A stretch of DNA of 64,000 nt from NCBI GenBank assembly GCA_002633005.1, contig NMRA01000346.1, positions 384,560 to 448,559 on the forward strand, in the 5' to 3' direction. Below the pieces are notes generated by a model. It made no database searches, was not told the origin of the DNA, and saw only the letters and a program-made list of their open reading frames with translations. The translations under genes were made by a program, and so were the position numbers. The stretch is from Phoronis australis. Taxonomy: Eukaryota; Animalia; Phoronida. Of the stretch, positions 39,077 through 51,804 are shown piece by piece; within the stretch, counting starts at the first letter, position 1, and every line of letters starts with the position of its first letter.

Positions 39077-39476
39077 TTTCACAACCATCCTTAAGAGTGC
39101 TTTGGTTGTTTGAGGGGAGGATGCCAAAAACAAACGACTCGAAAATAGTAAAAATGGCCACTAATCCATCGGAAAACAGGAGGATAGGGTCAACTCATTA
39201 ATAGATGCCTATGTGACACATTCCATAAAAATCCATTAAGGATCCTTGAAGATACAGAGGCGAACGTTAAACATTAAAATTGCCACTAGGGGGCACAGCG
39301 GTATTCGGGTCGGTCCAAAACTCGTCGCCCTCTGTTGTCATCCCCATAGGAACACACCTGCCAAATTTCAATAACATCCTGCAAGGGGTTTAGTAGATAC
39401 AGCAGCGGATGCCGGACGCCCACAAAGTGATGACAGCAATATGCAACCAAATACAAATATGTGGGAGCATAAAAAA
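39077..39476 (-). mobile_element. Truncated copy of the Helentron-associated element (5' end plus first repeat units)
   Basis: AAATATGTGGGAGCATAAAAAA (39455-39476) is the reverse complement of the 5' terminus at 58809-58833. Contains CCACTAGGGGGCA (39283-39295). Confidence 0.75.
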
Positions 39477-41012
39477 GAATAAAGCCAGCAGTATGTCTGT
39501 AGTGCGAAATTATTATCGCATAATCTGCAATGAGCCTTCCAAAGTATCTCTTTGACATTCTGACATGACAAACGCACGTGAGCTGTTGGGTTTTGACCAG
39601 TTACACATATAATTTCTACAAAATATTTCTGGACTGTGATGTGCTCATTGTCACTTGACTAAACTCTTTTTCAGCAACTGTGAACTTTGACCCTAAGACC
39701 AAGTTGGCATTAAGTCACTATCTTGAAGCAGACACAAGGCAGCTGTGGAGGTAGTCATTTGGAGCAATTTGTTTTTTTGTAACTTCACAAGTAGAAAACT
39801 CTTTCTGGGGGTAAAGCAGTCATTATGGAACTGGGTCAATTGTAACAATGCAGAAACACTCTACCTACATTTTTCATGAAAAATTACTGTAGTCATTAGT
39901 AATAATTTGGTTAAACCTTTCTAACGTTTCCTTTCACTAACTGAGAATAAATGCACCATTTCCAAAAATCAGATATAATTTTGAAAATAAGCAATCACTT
40001 TCAAATTTTTCATAACTTAATCAATAAAAGTAGACCTGAATGAGACCAAACAGCAGTTCATCAGTATGGGAGCATTCATGTCACAACGGCCCCACATGAT
40101 TTACAAATACTGTAACAATACTTGTATGTCTATGAAAAGGTTCCTTGCCACACCTAGTGAAATGCATAAATATGTGAAGTCTATACAGAAACTGGTGATA
40201 CGCAGTTGCCATCGTCGGCTGAATTTCTACAGCATGAATACATCGTCAGCTCATATGGTGGACGATATTGGGGCATTGCATTAGTTAACAACAGAATGAG
40301 GGACTAGACAAGACAGGAGTGGGAGAAAAGTTCCAAAAACTAGACACCAAGGTTCTTTTCATTAGAGTAACAGCAGTCACTGACAAGGTCGATGCAATGA
40401 ACACTCAGGGTGAGGAAATGCTGTGTGAACTCCAACGTGCCCAACAAACCGACAGGTGAAGGAACTTGCGCCAAAACTGAACAAATATTTCAAAGCAATG
40501 GTTAAAAAAGACAGCCCAGGCTCGAGGTATGAAAAAAAAGGACACGTGAGGTGCAACAGAGTCCGCCTCGTTGAACTATGTTAGAGCGGACCTGAAAGCT
40601 ACAAAAATGTCATTTTACTGATCACGACGATAAAATTTGGAGCCAGCTATTGAGTGATTGATGGAAAACAACGGTGCAAAGCAATGTCAAAAGCCTACTC
40701 GCAGGTAAATCTACTATAGGATGCTGCCAATAGAGGAAATATTGATCGGCAAGCAAGGTAGGGGGCACAGAACAATGCAAACGGCGAAGAGGGACCAGCA
40801 AATAAATGTATAATCGATCAATCAAAAAATACACCGAGGGGTCCAACAGAGGCGACACCTAACAACACACGACCGTGGCACGACAACTGTAAGAATTCCG
40901 TTCTATGAAAACATGCAATGAATACACAGCATATGTCGCAGATGAAGCAAACGGACGGTCCAAGGTAGTAGAAGTCAGTTATAAGGAATTTAAACGTTAA
41001 AATGAATCTTCG

Positions 41013-41200
41013 TTGACCAAATTGTGTAGTTCAGAGCTTCAGTCACGCTGGAGCAACCTCCTGTTTGAGGGTATTGCTGAGTCTTCCAGAGAGGATTGCG
41101 AACAAGTGCCTAAGTCAGTATTAAAAGATATCATTAACAATGACAATATATCATTTGAGAGAGTGCACAAGATGGGATGTGCGAAAAAGTCTGGCAGGAA
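41013..41200 (+). mobile_element. LINE ORF1-like fragment
   Basis: LQSRWSNLLFEGIAE..REDCEQ.....ISFERVHKMG matches the CR1/L2/L1 ORF1 RRM-region motif. Confidence 0.55.
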
Positions 41201-41764
41201 TAACCGATCTATGTATCGAGTACAAATTAACTCAAATAGCAAAGCACCTGAGAATAGAATAAGACTCCAGCAACTGAGACACTGAGCTCGTTGGATGCAT
41301 CTCTATAACCTTTGAAAGCCCCCCTTCCCTGCCGGCCCTTCATTTGCTATAGCGTACATCATAACACAATGTTTCAGCGAAGCTTCCACTATCAGTGATA
41401 GGATTCTCAGTCACGTGGTGGACATGGGTTGTCATTCCACAAAAATGCTGTACCCAATCATATCATTTAACACTTGCACTTATTCTTACAGCTCACAGAA
41501 TAAAAATAAAAACATAGCCTAAAAAGCTATTGCAATTTTAGTTTAATTGAGCAATGATAATAAATAAAGATAATTTGACTATCGTTTTCAGCACCAGACA
41601 GTACTTATAGGGTGCTGCATCTTGAGTAGTTTAATGTCCATTATTCAGTGGAGGAAACAAGTACTCAAAGTGCGGGACACCTATAAGCAACTATTACCTC
41701 AATTTCACTATACAGCAAAATTCAATAAAATGCTCCAAGCAAGAATGTACATGTATTGTTGTAC

Positions 41765-41849
41765 TTAAAGTAAATCCCTGTATTCTCCCACGTTTACTTC
41801 CATAGGACACTCAGCACATGGGAAGTCTTTTGTTAAAAATGGTTCATAC
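41765..41849 (-). CDS. JmjC dioxygenase exon 4 (terminal coding exon)
   Basis: TTACAG|G completes the Trp codon, then YEPFLTKDFPCAECPMEVNVGEYRDLL-TAA. Candidate ATTAAA signals lie downstream at 41635-41630 and 41547-41542. Confidence 0.85.
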
Positions 41850-42263
41850 CTGTAATGCAACAACATAACCCAAATTAGCATGAAAATTACCATCAGTGAA
41901 AACTTAGCACAAATAAGGCCAGTCATCCCACTATTTGACAACTGAAACTGTTGTAACAGTTATGCTGTATTTTTCATGCTCAACTTGAAGTCGAAATTAA
42001 TTTTTTTTTTTTACATTTGCACAGCCAAAGTAAAATGTGACAACTTAAAACATTTTACTCGCAACATGGTAAATATTTTTTATAGATCTACAAAAACAAA
42101 ATATATTTGCAAGAAATGAGCTTAACAAACATTGAATTCTCAACACATTAAAACATTTTACTAACAAATCTACACATCACAGAGCATAGCCTAATGTTCA
42201 TTTATTTAACGAAGACTTGTCCACGATCAAAGACTGATTCATGGTTCTTATGCATATCCTTAC

Positions 42264-42403
42264 CAGAAGTTGACAGCCAGATTGCGCCCATCCCTGCTAG
42301 GGTGAGAGACAACCTCATGCCACCAAAAGGATGGCATGAACAGGACGTCGCCAGCGGAGATGGTGCAGTTCAACGGCATTGCATCTTTAAAGGCAGGAAA
42401 TCG
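42264..42403 (-). CDS. JmjC dioxygenase exon 3 (distal metal-binding His)
   Basis: TTTCAG|RFPAF...AGDVLFMPSFWWHEV...NLAVNF-TG|GTAAGG; 140 nt, phase 2. Confidence 0.9.
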
Positions 42404-43253
42404 CTGAAAAAGGATAATTGCAATTATGTTTGTAACAGAAACAGGATGGGAAACGAAGCAGTTGTGAAGACACACAGGTGACGTTAATGCTGACAATGGG
42501 ACATAGAGATTGGTTTTTTAAACTTTTAAAAAAATTAAGATTTGAGAATTAAGTTCAAAGTACACTTCTACATTTATATCAAAAGCTGAGAGGCCAACTT
42601 CATAACTATAGAAGTTCACCATGATAAAACCAACAGCGCCAGAGTATGTTGCTTTATGTGCTGTAGCAACTGGTGACGTATGCTAGTAAACACTAACCCT
42701 TGTTCGGTCATTGCTGAACTTCAATTTCTCAGCATTTTAAATGCTTCCATATACAGGAACCAGTGCACGTAAAGCTGTTATGTACAGCCAGTGCAGGTCC
42801 AAAGTAAAAGTTCCTGTTATAAAAATGATCCCAAGATGATCTTTTTGAAGAATACAAGTCACTGGGATTTGGAACAACTGCCAGATCCATTTATCATACA
42901 GGGAGATTTTGATTCAGCAGCATTTTTCGCAAGGAACCTAGTGGTTTAATGACCAGTAAAAAGCATTTAAAAATTCCAAACTTGCCAAGTATCTGAACAT
43001 TTTTCCAGTATTACTGTAAAATCTTTCCAATTTAGTGTACCATGGGCATTATTGTTCTACACCATAACCACCACCAGATGGCGTTTTGCAAAATTGTAGT
43101 CATTCTTAACAACATTAAGCCTTTGACACATGATAAAATGTTACTTCACTGGCAATTAGTTTTGTCCCAAATTTGTAATATGTACTAATTTACAGGAACT
43201 ATGCCTTTAGAATCGTGTGATTGTGTCAGATAAAACTGCAAGTCACTCAATAC

Positions 43254-43436
43254 CTCAAAGTCAGGGTTTGTGATGTCAACGGGAGACATGACCATACTCG
43301 TGCTGTCCTTGAGTGTTTTTCGACGGAATGTAAACTCTGTCTCGTTATAGCTCAACATGGCCTCAGGAATGTGACCTTCGTACAGCCGTGAATTGTTGAA
43401 AGGCTCAAATAAAATCACCTCTTTCTTCCCACTCAA
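43254..43436 (-). CDS. JmjC dioxygenase exon 2 (61 codons)
   Basis: TTTCAG|LSGKKEVILFEP...SPVDITNPDFE|GTATTG, in frame with exons 1 and 3. Confidence 0.9.
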
Positions 43437-44179
43437 CTGAAACAGAGGATGTAGTCCTACAATGCCAATGAAACAGAAAGATATGAAATCAAATAATGCT
43501 AAAATTATTATAAATTGATTTTCCAAGTTTGAAATCACTAATGGTGAAAATATGATAGGCATTTCCCTATCCTACCATTGGTCTTGATATAAACAAAAAT
43601 TTGACACTTCGACTTTTGAATTTGCCAATGAAGGGTGAAAGTAATCACCTCCATACCTTCCATGAGATTCAAGCAGATTAGAAGCTACATAGCATTATCT
43701 TACATTTCACTACATCATTGCAACGTATACAATATCAAAATTCATTCTGGTTAACATCCAGTTGCACTTAACACACTTTAGTTTTTCCACTCCTATGGGA
43801 AGCCACTTCCTCGTTTTGAGTGGGACTTTTCAGTTAACACACCAAAAGTTGTTAGATCAGAGTTTAGTGATTATAAGATGGTTAAACTTTAAATTAAACC
43901 AATGTTTTGTATTTCATACATCACAAAAGGTAAACAAATCATCAATGTAACAAGTCAACCATTACCATTAGAAGATCAAACAGCATTTGGCTTTGGGAAT
44001 TTTTGGATTTGGAGCAAAGGTCATGATTCTTTTCACTGCATTCATGATGAACACAAATAATGAATTAATTTGAAATTTGGCCATCTTAATTCTCCAAACA
44101 CGGGTTCAGCAACTTAAATCCAAATAGATAAGGTATTGAAAATTTGTAAGAAATTGTAAGCAATTAAATTTCTAACCAC

Positions 44180-45517
44180 CTGACACAACAGGTTGTCAAA
44201 GGGGTCAAAGTGCAGCTTTCCAACTGTGTTCCCACTGCTCAGCCAAATGTTCAAGTGTCTGCGCTTCAGTAGCGTTTTAACAAAGTTGAACTCTCCGATG
44301 TCCTTCTCTAATTCTGGCAGGTAATTTGGTATAGATGAATATTCCAAATACGCTGAAATGTTTTTGTCTAAATAACTCCTGTTCTGGATCATATCTATAA
44401 AGTTAGCGAACTGCACATTCAGGTGTGCAGGCCTCACAACGACAAGGTCAGGATACTGCAACTGACTTCTTATGTGATGTGGAATTTTAAATGTTGCGTA
44501 ATCTTCCCAAACGCTTGCATTTTCAACACCTTCAAAGTTTCCTCCAGGTGCAAGCTTGATATGAATGTTTCTCTCACCGTACTTCTGCTTAAAAAAATCA
44601 TTTGTCCACTTATGAATGGCAGTCCAATGGGCAGCACCATTTTCAATAACAACCGGTCGTGATAATTTAACATAGCGGTGGAAAAAATCATTTCTTGTCG
44701 GCACAGGAATTCTGTCACACTTCGGAATTTCTCTATCCAATTCCATGTACTTATTTTTTTGTTCTTCTGTTGCACAAGATTCATGTTGACTGCATGCACC
44801 AGTTTGCGCCGACACGACATTGACAGAATTTGGATCACATGATCTGTTTAATGGGTTGCATTTAGATTTGTATACATCAGCTATTGTTATATTTGTGGTA
44901 GAATTAAGACGGAATAAGTTATCCATAATGTACTGTTCATGAAGTCCTTGAGGTAGCTTCATGCCAAATGGAGATCTGAACACCTGACAATGATGGTTTA
45001 CAAAGTCTGTGATTGTAGATGGAGAAATTGGCCCCTTATAAATTTCACAGGTGGGTTTTGGAGATGTTGGAATTATAGACAGGCACGTCCTATCCCGCTT
45101 CTTCTTAGGAAAAACCACAACAAATCTTGAAGTAGTGTAATCATCTCCAAACTCCGACCTTTGATTGTCCGACGACTGATCTGAATCTGAAAATTCCATT
45201 CTACAGAATTCCCTGAAATCAGCTCTTGACAAAAATCCAAACACAACACTGCTCTCTTGTCGAAACGCATAGCAAGTTTGTCCAAATGCATTCTGCACAT
45301 GATCACTAACTCTCTTGTTATCGGGCAAATTTAGTTCGCCCGTGTGTTGATTTGAGTTGGCAAGACCAACTCCAAGAACAAAACAGCTGTCATGACTTTC
45401 TCTGGAGACACGTGAGTGGTCAACACGTTGGAATTGATAACATTCGGACATGTCGGAAGAGCCTGCGACTGCGAAAAGCGAAACAAGTGCGTATCCGAAA
45501 CCAAATGTTGCCATCAT
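44180..45517 (-). CDS. JmjC-domain 2OG/Fe(II) dioxygenase with signal peptide, exon 1 (446 codons)
   Basis: Long ORF with a hydrophobic N-terminus (MMATFGFGYALVSLFAVAGS), cupin_8 N-part (RPVVIENGAAHWTAIHKWT, AYLEY) and NIWLSSGNTVGKLHFDPFDNLLCQ (HxD). Donor GT at 44179-44178, phase 0. Confidence 0.9.
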
Positions 45518-45639
45518 ACAACGGAATAACAGCGCTTAAACACCTGGCAAAGACTGCGCGAAGGAGGATTGAGAAAAACATACAACTTGTGAACCTACGA
45601 AACAACGAGAACACATCCAAGTGGACGTCTTGATTCAGA

Positions 45640-45658
45640 CGCGGGAGCAATTGATTGG
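45640..45658 (-). promoter_or_regulatory. ERSE-like element (CCAAT-N9-CCGCG) upstream of the JmjC gene
   Basis: Minus strand reads CCAAT-caattgctc-CCGCG, one mismatch from the ERSE consensus CCAAT-N9-CCACG, ~125 bp upstream of the ATG. A second CCAAT lies at 45721. Confidence 0.35.
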
Positions 45659-48600
45659 TTAAGATTATCTCAAAAGCAAAATACTTCGATTCCAGCGCCC
45701 TCATACACGTATGACCTGAACCAATGAAGACTGAAAACCATGGACATCATGTCTGTGCTGAGGACATATTTTACCCTAATCAACGGCACGTAACCTAACA
45801 CTTAAGAAAAAAGTCTATAAAAAGCTGACAAACAACTGGAAAAAATAAACTCACACGTGAAAGCATAATACTCGTGGAGGCCCACAATGTTTTCAAGTTC
45901 TCAACATCCGACCAGGCGCCAGTGGAATTTGGTAGGATTCAGTTTGAAATAGATAACTGAGTTTTGGAATCAGAATCAGAAATCCGACTGAAAAATATGA
46001 AAAACAAGTCTGCAAGTAGATTTACATGCATCAAGACCCGGAACGCCCAGAAAGTTCTGCCATACTCTCTGGAAGTGAAAAAATCAAGAAAATCTTTAAC
46101 ATATTGAGCACATTGAATTTCCTATGCGGAAAACGTCCACATGAATTTGACAGGAACTGCTACTTGCCAGGAGGATATTTTAACCGAAAATTCCAACAGA
46201 ATCCTACTACTAGATATATTGCCCGGTTGACGCCTTATGTTTGGCACTGGAATAATTAGATATCGAGCAAAACAGCCAATGAACTGAAAACAATTTCAAT
46301 AACCAATTCAAGAAGGAAAAGGTAAGCGATAGGTGAGTCTAAGATATCATGAAAATAATTGGGAGACACGTCGCTTAGACCAACCCGTAGCCGCAGAAAG
46401 AAATGACAGTCGAAATTATGAGCGTGAAAGATGTCGCCGAATAAAAAAATTGATATAAGTACAATTAAAATTAAGATTCCTGTCAGCAAACGATTGTAAA
46501 GGATTACCTGCAAGTACATGACGGCATCTTGTCCATCAATGTCTAAGAATAGCTAGTGAAACTCCAGTTGGAATTTATGAATCATGGTTCAAATAATTCT
46601 CAAGGGCATCAGTTTGCAATAAAACAAGTACATTTTATTTACGAAAGAGCCCCCGGACACTTTTTGCTACTGGACGATTCCGAAAATGCTGCTAGGACTC
46701 TCTTGGAAATCCTTCATATTCTCAGCTCTCAACCGGCTTTGCTTCAGTGTTTAGTGTGTCTTTATCGTGAACTTGGTATTGCTCGCTATCATTAAACGCC
46801 AGAATAACAAAACCTCACCGCAAAATCATCATTTTTCAAAGCAAATAATCTGCTACTTAAAAAAATTACATGCAACAAGTTAAGCAATGCCGTAAAACAA
46901 CGAGTGGCTTTCTGACAAACACATATCTCAAGAATACTTGCACTGTACGTGTACGTTGGAACTCATCATTGTAAAATTAAGAAGAAAAAGTACCGAGATT
47001 CAAAAGAGAGCGAAAACAAGCTGCCAGTACATACCATATATTTGATATATTATTAAAATATTTGAAATTAAATGTTATGCCTGAATCTTTTGTTGTAAAA
47101 ATCCCGTAAAATTTCTCCAACAGGAATTCCAATGGACAGTTGTATATTTTTTACAATCGAATCCTATCTATAGTATGTTTACAGGATTTATTTTTGGTAG
47201 GATCCCATATAGGATATCTACATTCCCATGGGAATAATCCTATCGTAAAATTTATTGAAGGTTGAAATTTTAAACTTCCATCACAAAGGCCGGTGCAGAG
47301 TACATGTGTCTGTAAAGACGCGCAGAAGTTTAAATCTTACAAAAAAACACATATGGTTTCTGATTTGGTACCATGACCATATAACTAACCAACTGCCTAC
47401 GTTGGCACATTATTTCAACAACGATCATCACTGGTCATTTCTGAAAAAAAAAAATATTCCGAGGTACTTAACCTCGTTCAAAATTCCTTAATAACAGGTT
47501 CGTTATGCAGATTGAGAGATGTATTAGCCTGCACAAGTAATTAAGATCTAATACAAATGGTTGCACTTTATTGAATAGGTTGTTCATAACATCTCAACAA
47601 CCACCGATAGAGGTTGAAAGCAACGTAGACGTCATTACACTAATAGGCCTACAAGAGATGGTTCACTCAGGTTAGACATACGGGAGCTACTACAGCATGA
47701 CAGTGTTTTTATATAGCGTAAAGAATTTTCGATTGAACTCCAGTAATGCTTCCAAGAAGTAAAGTGCTTGGTTCGTGGTGGCACAATAAAACATAAATGT
47801 CCAGGAAAGGCAGACCACTGCTGTGCAAACTGGCAGCCAGGATTAATTTAGCCTTACACCAGCAGCGCGATGCTTTTACACCGACCGGTTTACAGTTGCA
47901 GCGGTAGAGTGGACGGGAGGGGGCAAAAGTCATAATTCTTCCAACTCGTGGATGGAAGCCAAAACTAATTATTGATCGTTCTTCTTAGAATGTTGTAATT
48001 TTCACACAAAGATTGCCTAACTTCGATCAACGTGATTTTTTCCATTCAAAAGTCAATTCTATTTACATGTACGTTGTGGGTTCAAACTTGTTTTGTTTAT
48101 CTCATGTATGTTCTGTCCCATTTTTGACTTTAAACTTTCGCGTCCTAAATTGCGTTGACGGTAAAAAATAGATAGTTTCCTCAAGGGACTGCATAACTTC
48201 CTGGATCTACCCTGTTCACTGCTGGCCGGTTTGTACCAACCTTTAATTGGTGCAGGTGTTATCAGTTATTCAAAAGTCTATCAACTTTACTATATGCTGA
48301 AACTTTACACCTGCGTGGGATTACACGATCAAAACTCCAGAACTGAGAACCACATTTGACTGCGATCATTTGACTTTGTGTTTTATCGAACGAGACTCTA
48401 GATCAGATCGTGATTTTGAAAATTTCTTGGTTTTAACAGGGACATATTGTACGCCGTGGTCCTTGGGGCGACCTCAGGTCAGTGCAGACGATCGACGCGT
48501 ACGTGGTCAGACGTCTGAAACGGCATCATGCAGAGAACAACTGGCCATAGCTCCGAATCACGAATGGATTACATGGTAATGAATTTGTGTCCACTATGGT

Positions 48601-51600
48601 TTAAGTCAGCCAACTAGAAGTCCAGTGACCGATCAGGCGGGCCGGGGGGCCACTGGATCCGCCCAAAAACTTTGCAACTTTGGCGCCCCCTCGCGGATTG
48701 ACACCAATTTGTGCAGACGTCCTTAATTGTCCCATCCGTTGCATTCCCATCCTTAGTTCACAGTTTGTTGCCTTTTGTACCCCACAGATGTGGTGCTTTA
48801 AGCAAGTTCCAGCTATCCCTAAACCCAAACCATTTCCAGGTGTTTTACGACAACAAAAGAACATTCGCATGTAGATGATTTCGTACAGGGCTTGCCCCCT
48901 GTTGTCATAAAGAAGTACGATTCTGTTTTTATAAAATACCAAATTTGTCTATTATTGAACATTTAATGGGAGATTTTAATTTTAAGGTATTTTTAATATG
49001 TAACTTTTTAAAAAATAAGACAAAAAAAATTAATTTGATGAAAGCAAAATATGTTTATTGGAGCTTTGCAATAATCAGCCAATCAAAAAGAGGGTATTCT
49101 ATTTAACCAGCAACACCCCACCCTTGGAATTTCGATAGGAAACCTCGCACGGAGTCTAAGGTAGTGCAAAGAATGTGAGTGATTTTTGATTTGTCTTCTA
49201 GTTTACCAATGCCTCAGAACGGTAACTCGATATTTTCATTATTTCAAAACGGAACAATGATCTTAGGTTGCGAGTCTTGTGCCCAGCTTTCTGTTTCTTT
49301 CGAGTCACGGACTGGCCCAGACCCAAGGCCAAGCCTGTCAATGACAGTGGGGCAAAATTTCCGTCGCTGAGCAGGAACATATTACATATGTGATTCTCAA
49401 ACACAAGTAATAGTGATATGCCCGGTTTTGGTTATCTCGTTGAACAAAGTTAACTCCTGTCCGATGAATAATTCCAGTGACGATTTGGTGTATTGTTAGA
49501 AGTGCTTGCATGTAGGGACGTGACAAAAAAATTCAAATTCTTATTTAATATTTAAAAATGCATTGATTTAAAAAAACATCCAAAACAGATTCAAACAAAA
49601 AAAAAATTAACAAATTCCGTTGAGCCGTTGACTTTTTATGAACGTTTGAAGAGCGATAATTAGCCCTTTATTTTAGTCCACTGAATACATGTAAATGAAT
49701 GGGTGTATATGTGACCCAAAATTAGTTTTTTCACAATAACTTCCTCAATACTTTTAATAACAACGTGAAAATTTCAGGATATGACATTTACTTAGTGAGA
49801 GACATTTTTAAGACAACAAAAAATTCCAAATTCCAAAATGGCGGACAATATGGCCACCATTACGACTGCAAAAACGTCTTATTTTACGTTAACGAACTAT
49901 ATGGTGTGACATACCATTAACGAACTATATGGTGTAATATATCAAATGATAGGTCTTTTCATTGCTTTTTTGAANTGACAATCTTAATCCTTGTTTGTCT
50001 CCGTAAGCAGAGTTTTGAAACGGTCGCTGATATCTCCGGCCATTTTGAATGAGGCCCTAAAGTCGTGACCGTTTCGGTTAGACGGAAATACACGAAGTAA
50101 GACCACACAAGTCAACTACAGTGCGTACAGTTACTCTAGATGAAATAAAAATGCATTGCATTGTTTATTAATTCAGTTGCAATTGAAATAAATTGTTATA
50201 TGTTTTGCACCCAACTTTGATGTGCACAGACGTTTTCAATGAGGTTGTTCACATAAAACGCTAAGGACCCAGCATCAATTATCTCTCTGTATTTTATTGC
50301 TTTGGCCTTACAAAACTTTATTGACCCTGGGACATTTTGATACATTGTTCAAGCTACCCCTGGAGCTCGTGTTTGAGTAAATCTGAACAATGAATATTTT
50401 CGAAAATATATCCCAAAAATGCTCAAAAAAGTGGATTAGTGAAATATGCTGTTTTTAAGATACATTTGAAAAAAGAAGCCACTCACTCACTGTTTGTTAT
50501 CATATTGTGAATATCAACACGTCCGGGTATTCGTTTGACGTTCGTAAGCAGACGAACGCTGGAAACTTCAACGCTAGATGTCACGGGACCGCGCAGAAGA
50601 GGAAATAAGATCGTTCACGACTTTAGGGCACTCACGACTTTAGGACCTCTGACGGTACTACTTTGGCAATTACATCGCCCTGAAATTGAATGCCACAGGC
50701 ATACTGGGGCGATGGTACATCCCCATAAGAAGTTACTTGTTAAAAAATACAGCAAATAAAATCGAATGAAACATGCATGTATACTCATGTAGTTATAAGT
50801 AACACATACCATGACTCTGGATACAATTTAGTCTACATAACTTGAACATATCCATGAAAATCCGATCGCAGTTCCTTCGAGTTTCTCTCACCGTCTACCA
50901 TTTTGAGGAAGTTACATGAAATCACGCCTGTTGACGAACAAAAAGTCCAAGGGACACAAATCTAACAAATTTCACCTAGCATCTTCCTATGCTATTTTGC
51001 AAGTGTCGCGCCGCATATCACTGTGATCACGCGCTTCACTCAATTTTGCGCTAGCCTTTGCCTAACTCACGCGACTCACTTGAAATATTTTGTGGTTATC
51101 TTGCGCAGGGACAGTGAAAAAGTTAACGGTGACCAAAAAAATGGAGTTGGAATTCTTCTCCAAAGTCACCTTAATTCTCATAGCTATGCTTCATCGAAGA
51201 TAGAAGCAGAAGGTATCTATCGCCCGTTTGAAATACACAAGACGAAATCAGTACAGAAAGCGACGGGAAGCATTGTAGCCCCTAACCGGCCTAATAGTAA
51301 ATGTACAGCTGTACACTGATGTGGGTTAAAAACTGACCAGATAAAATCTGACACAAAACTAGTCATTAAAAACTACACTCTTCCTTCAGTACTCTAAATT
51401 ATTTACTGGTGTTGAAAAAATTGGCATTCTACGGTAATTCTGCTGCTAAATTTGTCTTTCGCATCGGCTTTTGCCGCCATTAAATTTTGCCTACCGGCCA
51501 GTTTCTTCCTTTACCGATTCCAACTGTTGTTCTTTCATAAGGTTGTGTACACATCAACAATTATCAGAACTGATTTCACTTTATTATAAGTTTTTAGAAT

Positions 51601-51804
51601 TTTGATATCAGCAAACTGAATGGCGTGTACGCGTGTCACGAGCGTACTGTTTTCAAAATGGCGACATGCTTTTTCTTGTTACAAAACTCGGAGAATTACG
51701 CATGAAAATTACGCTTATTAGATTTGTTTTCATTTAAACGGCTGTAATTTCACTTGAGTGTCGGTTGACTCCTGCATTTTGCATGCACCTGTGCCACTCT
51801 TTAG

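Noticed and set aside
44114-44179. C-terminal 21 aa of the 467-aa ORF (VVRNLIAY...)
   Set aside because: Intron read-through. Splicing at 44180 restores the JmjC motif NLLCQ-LSGKK.
49975-49975. Fifth single-N join
   Set aside because: No flanking duplication is visible; a simple contig junction.
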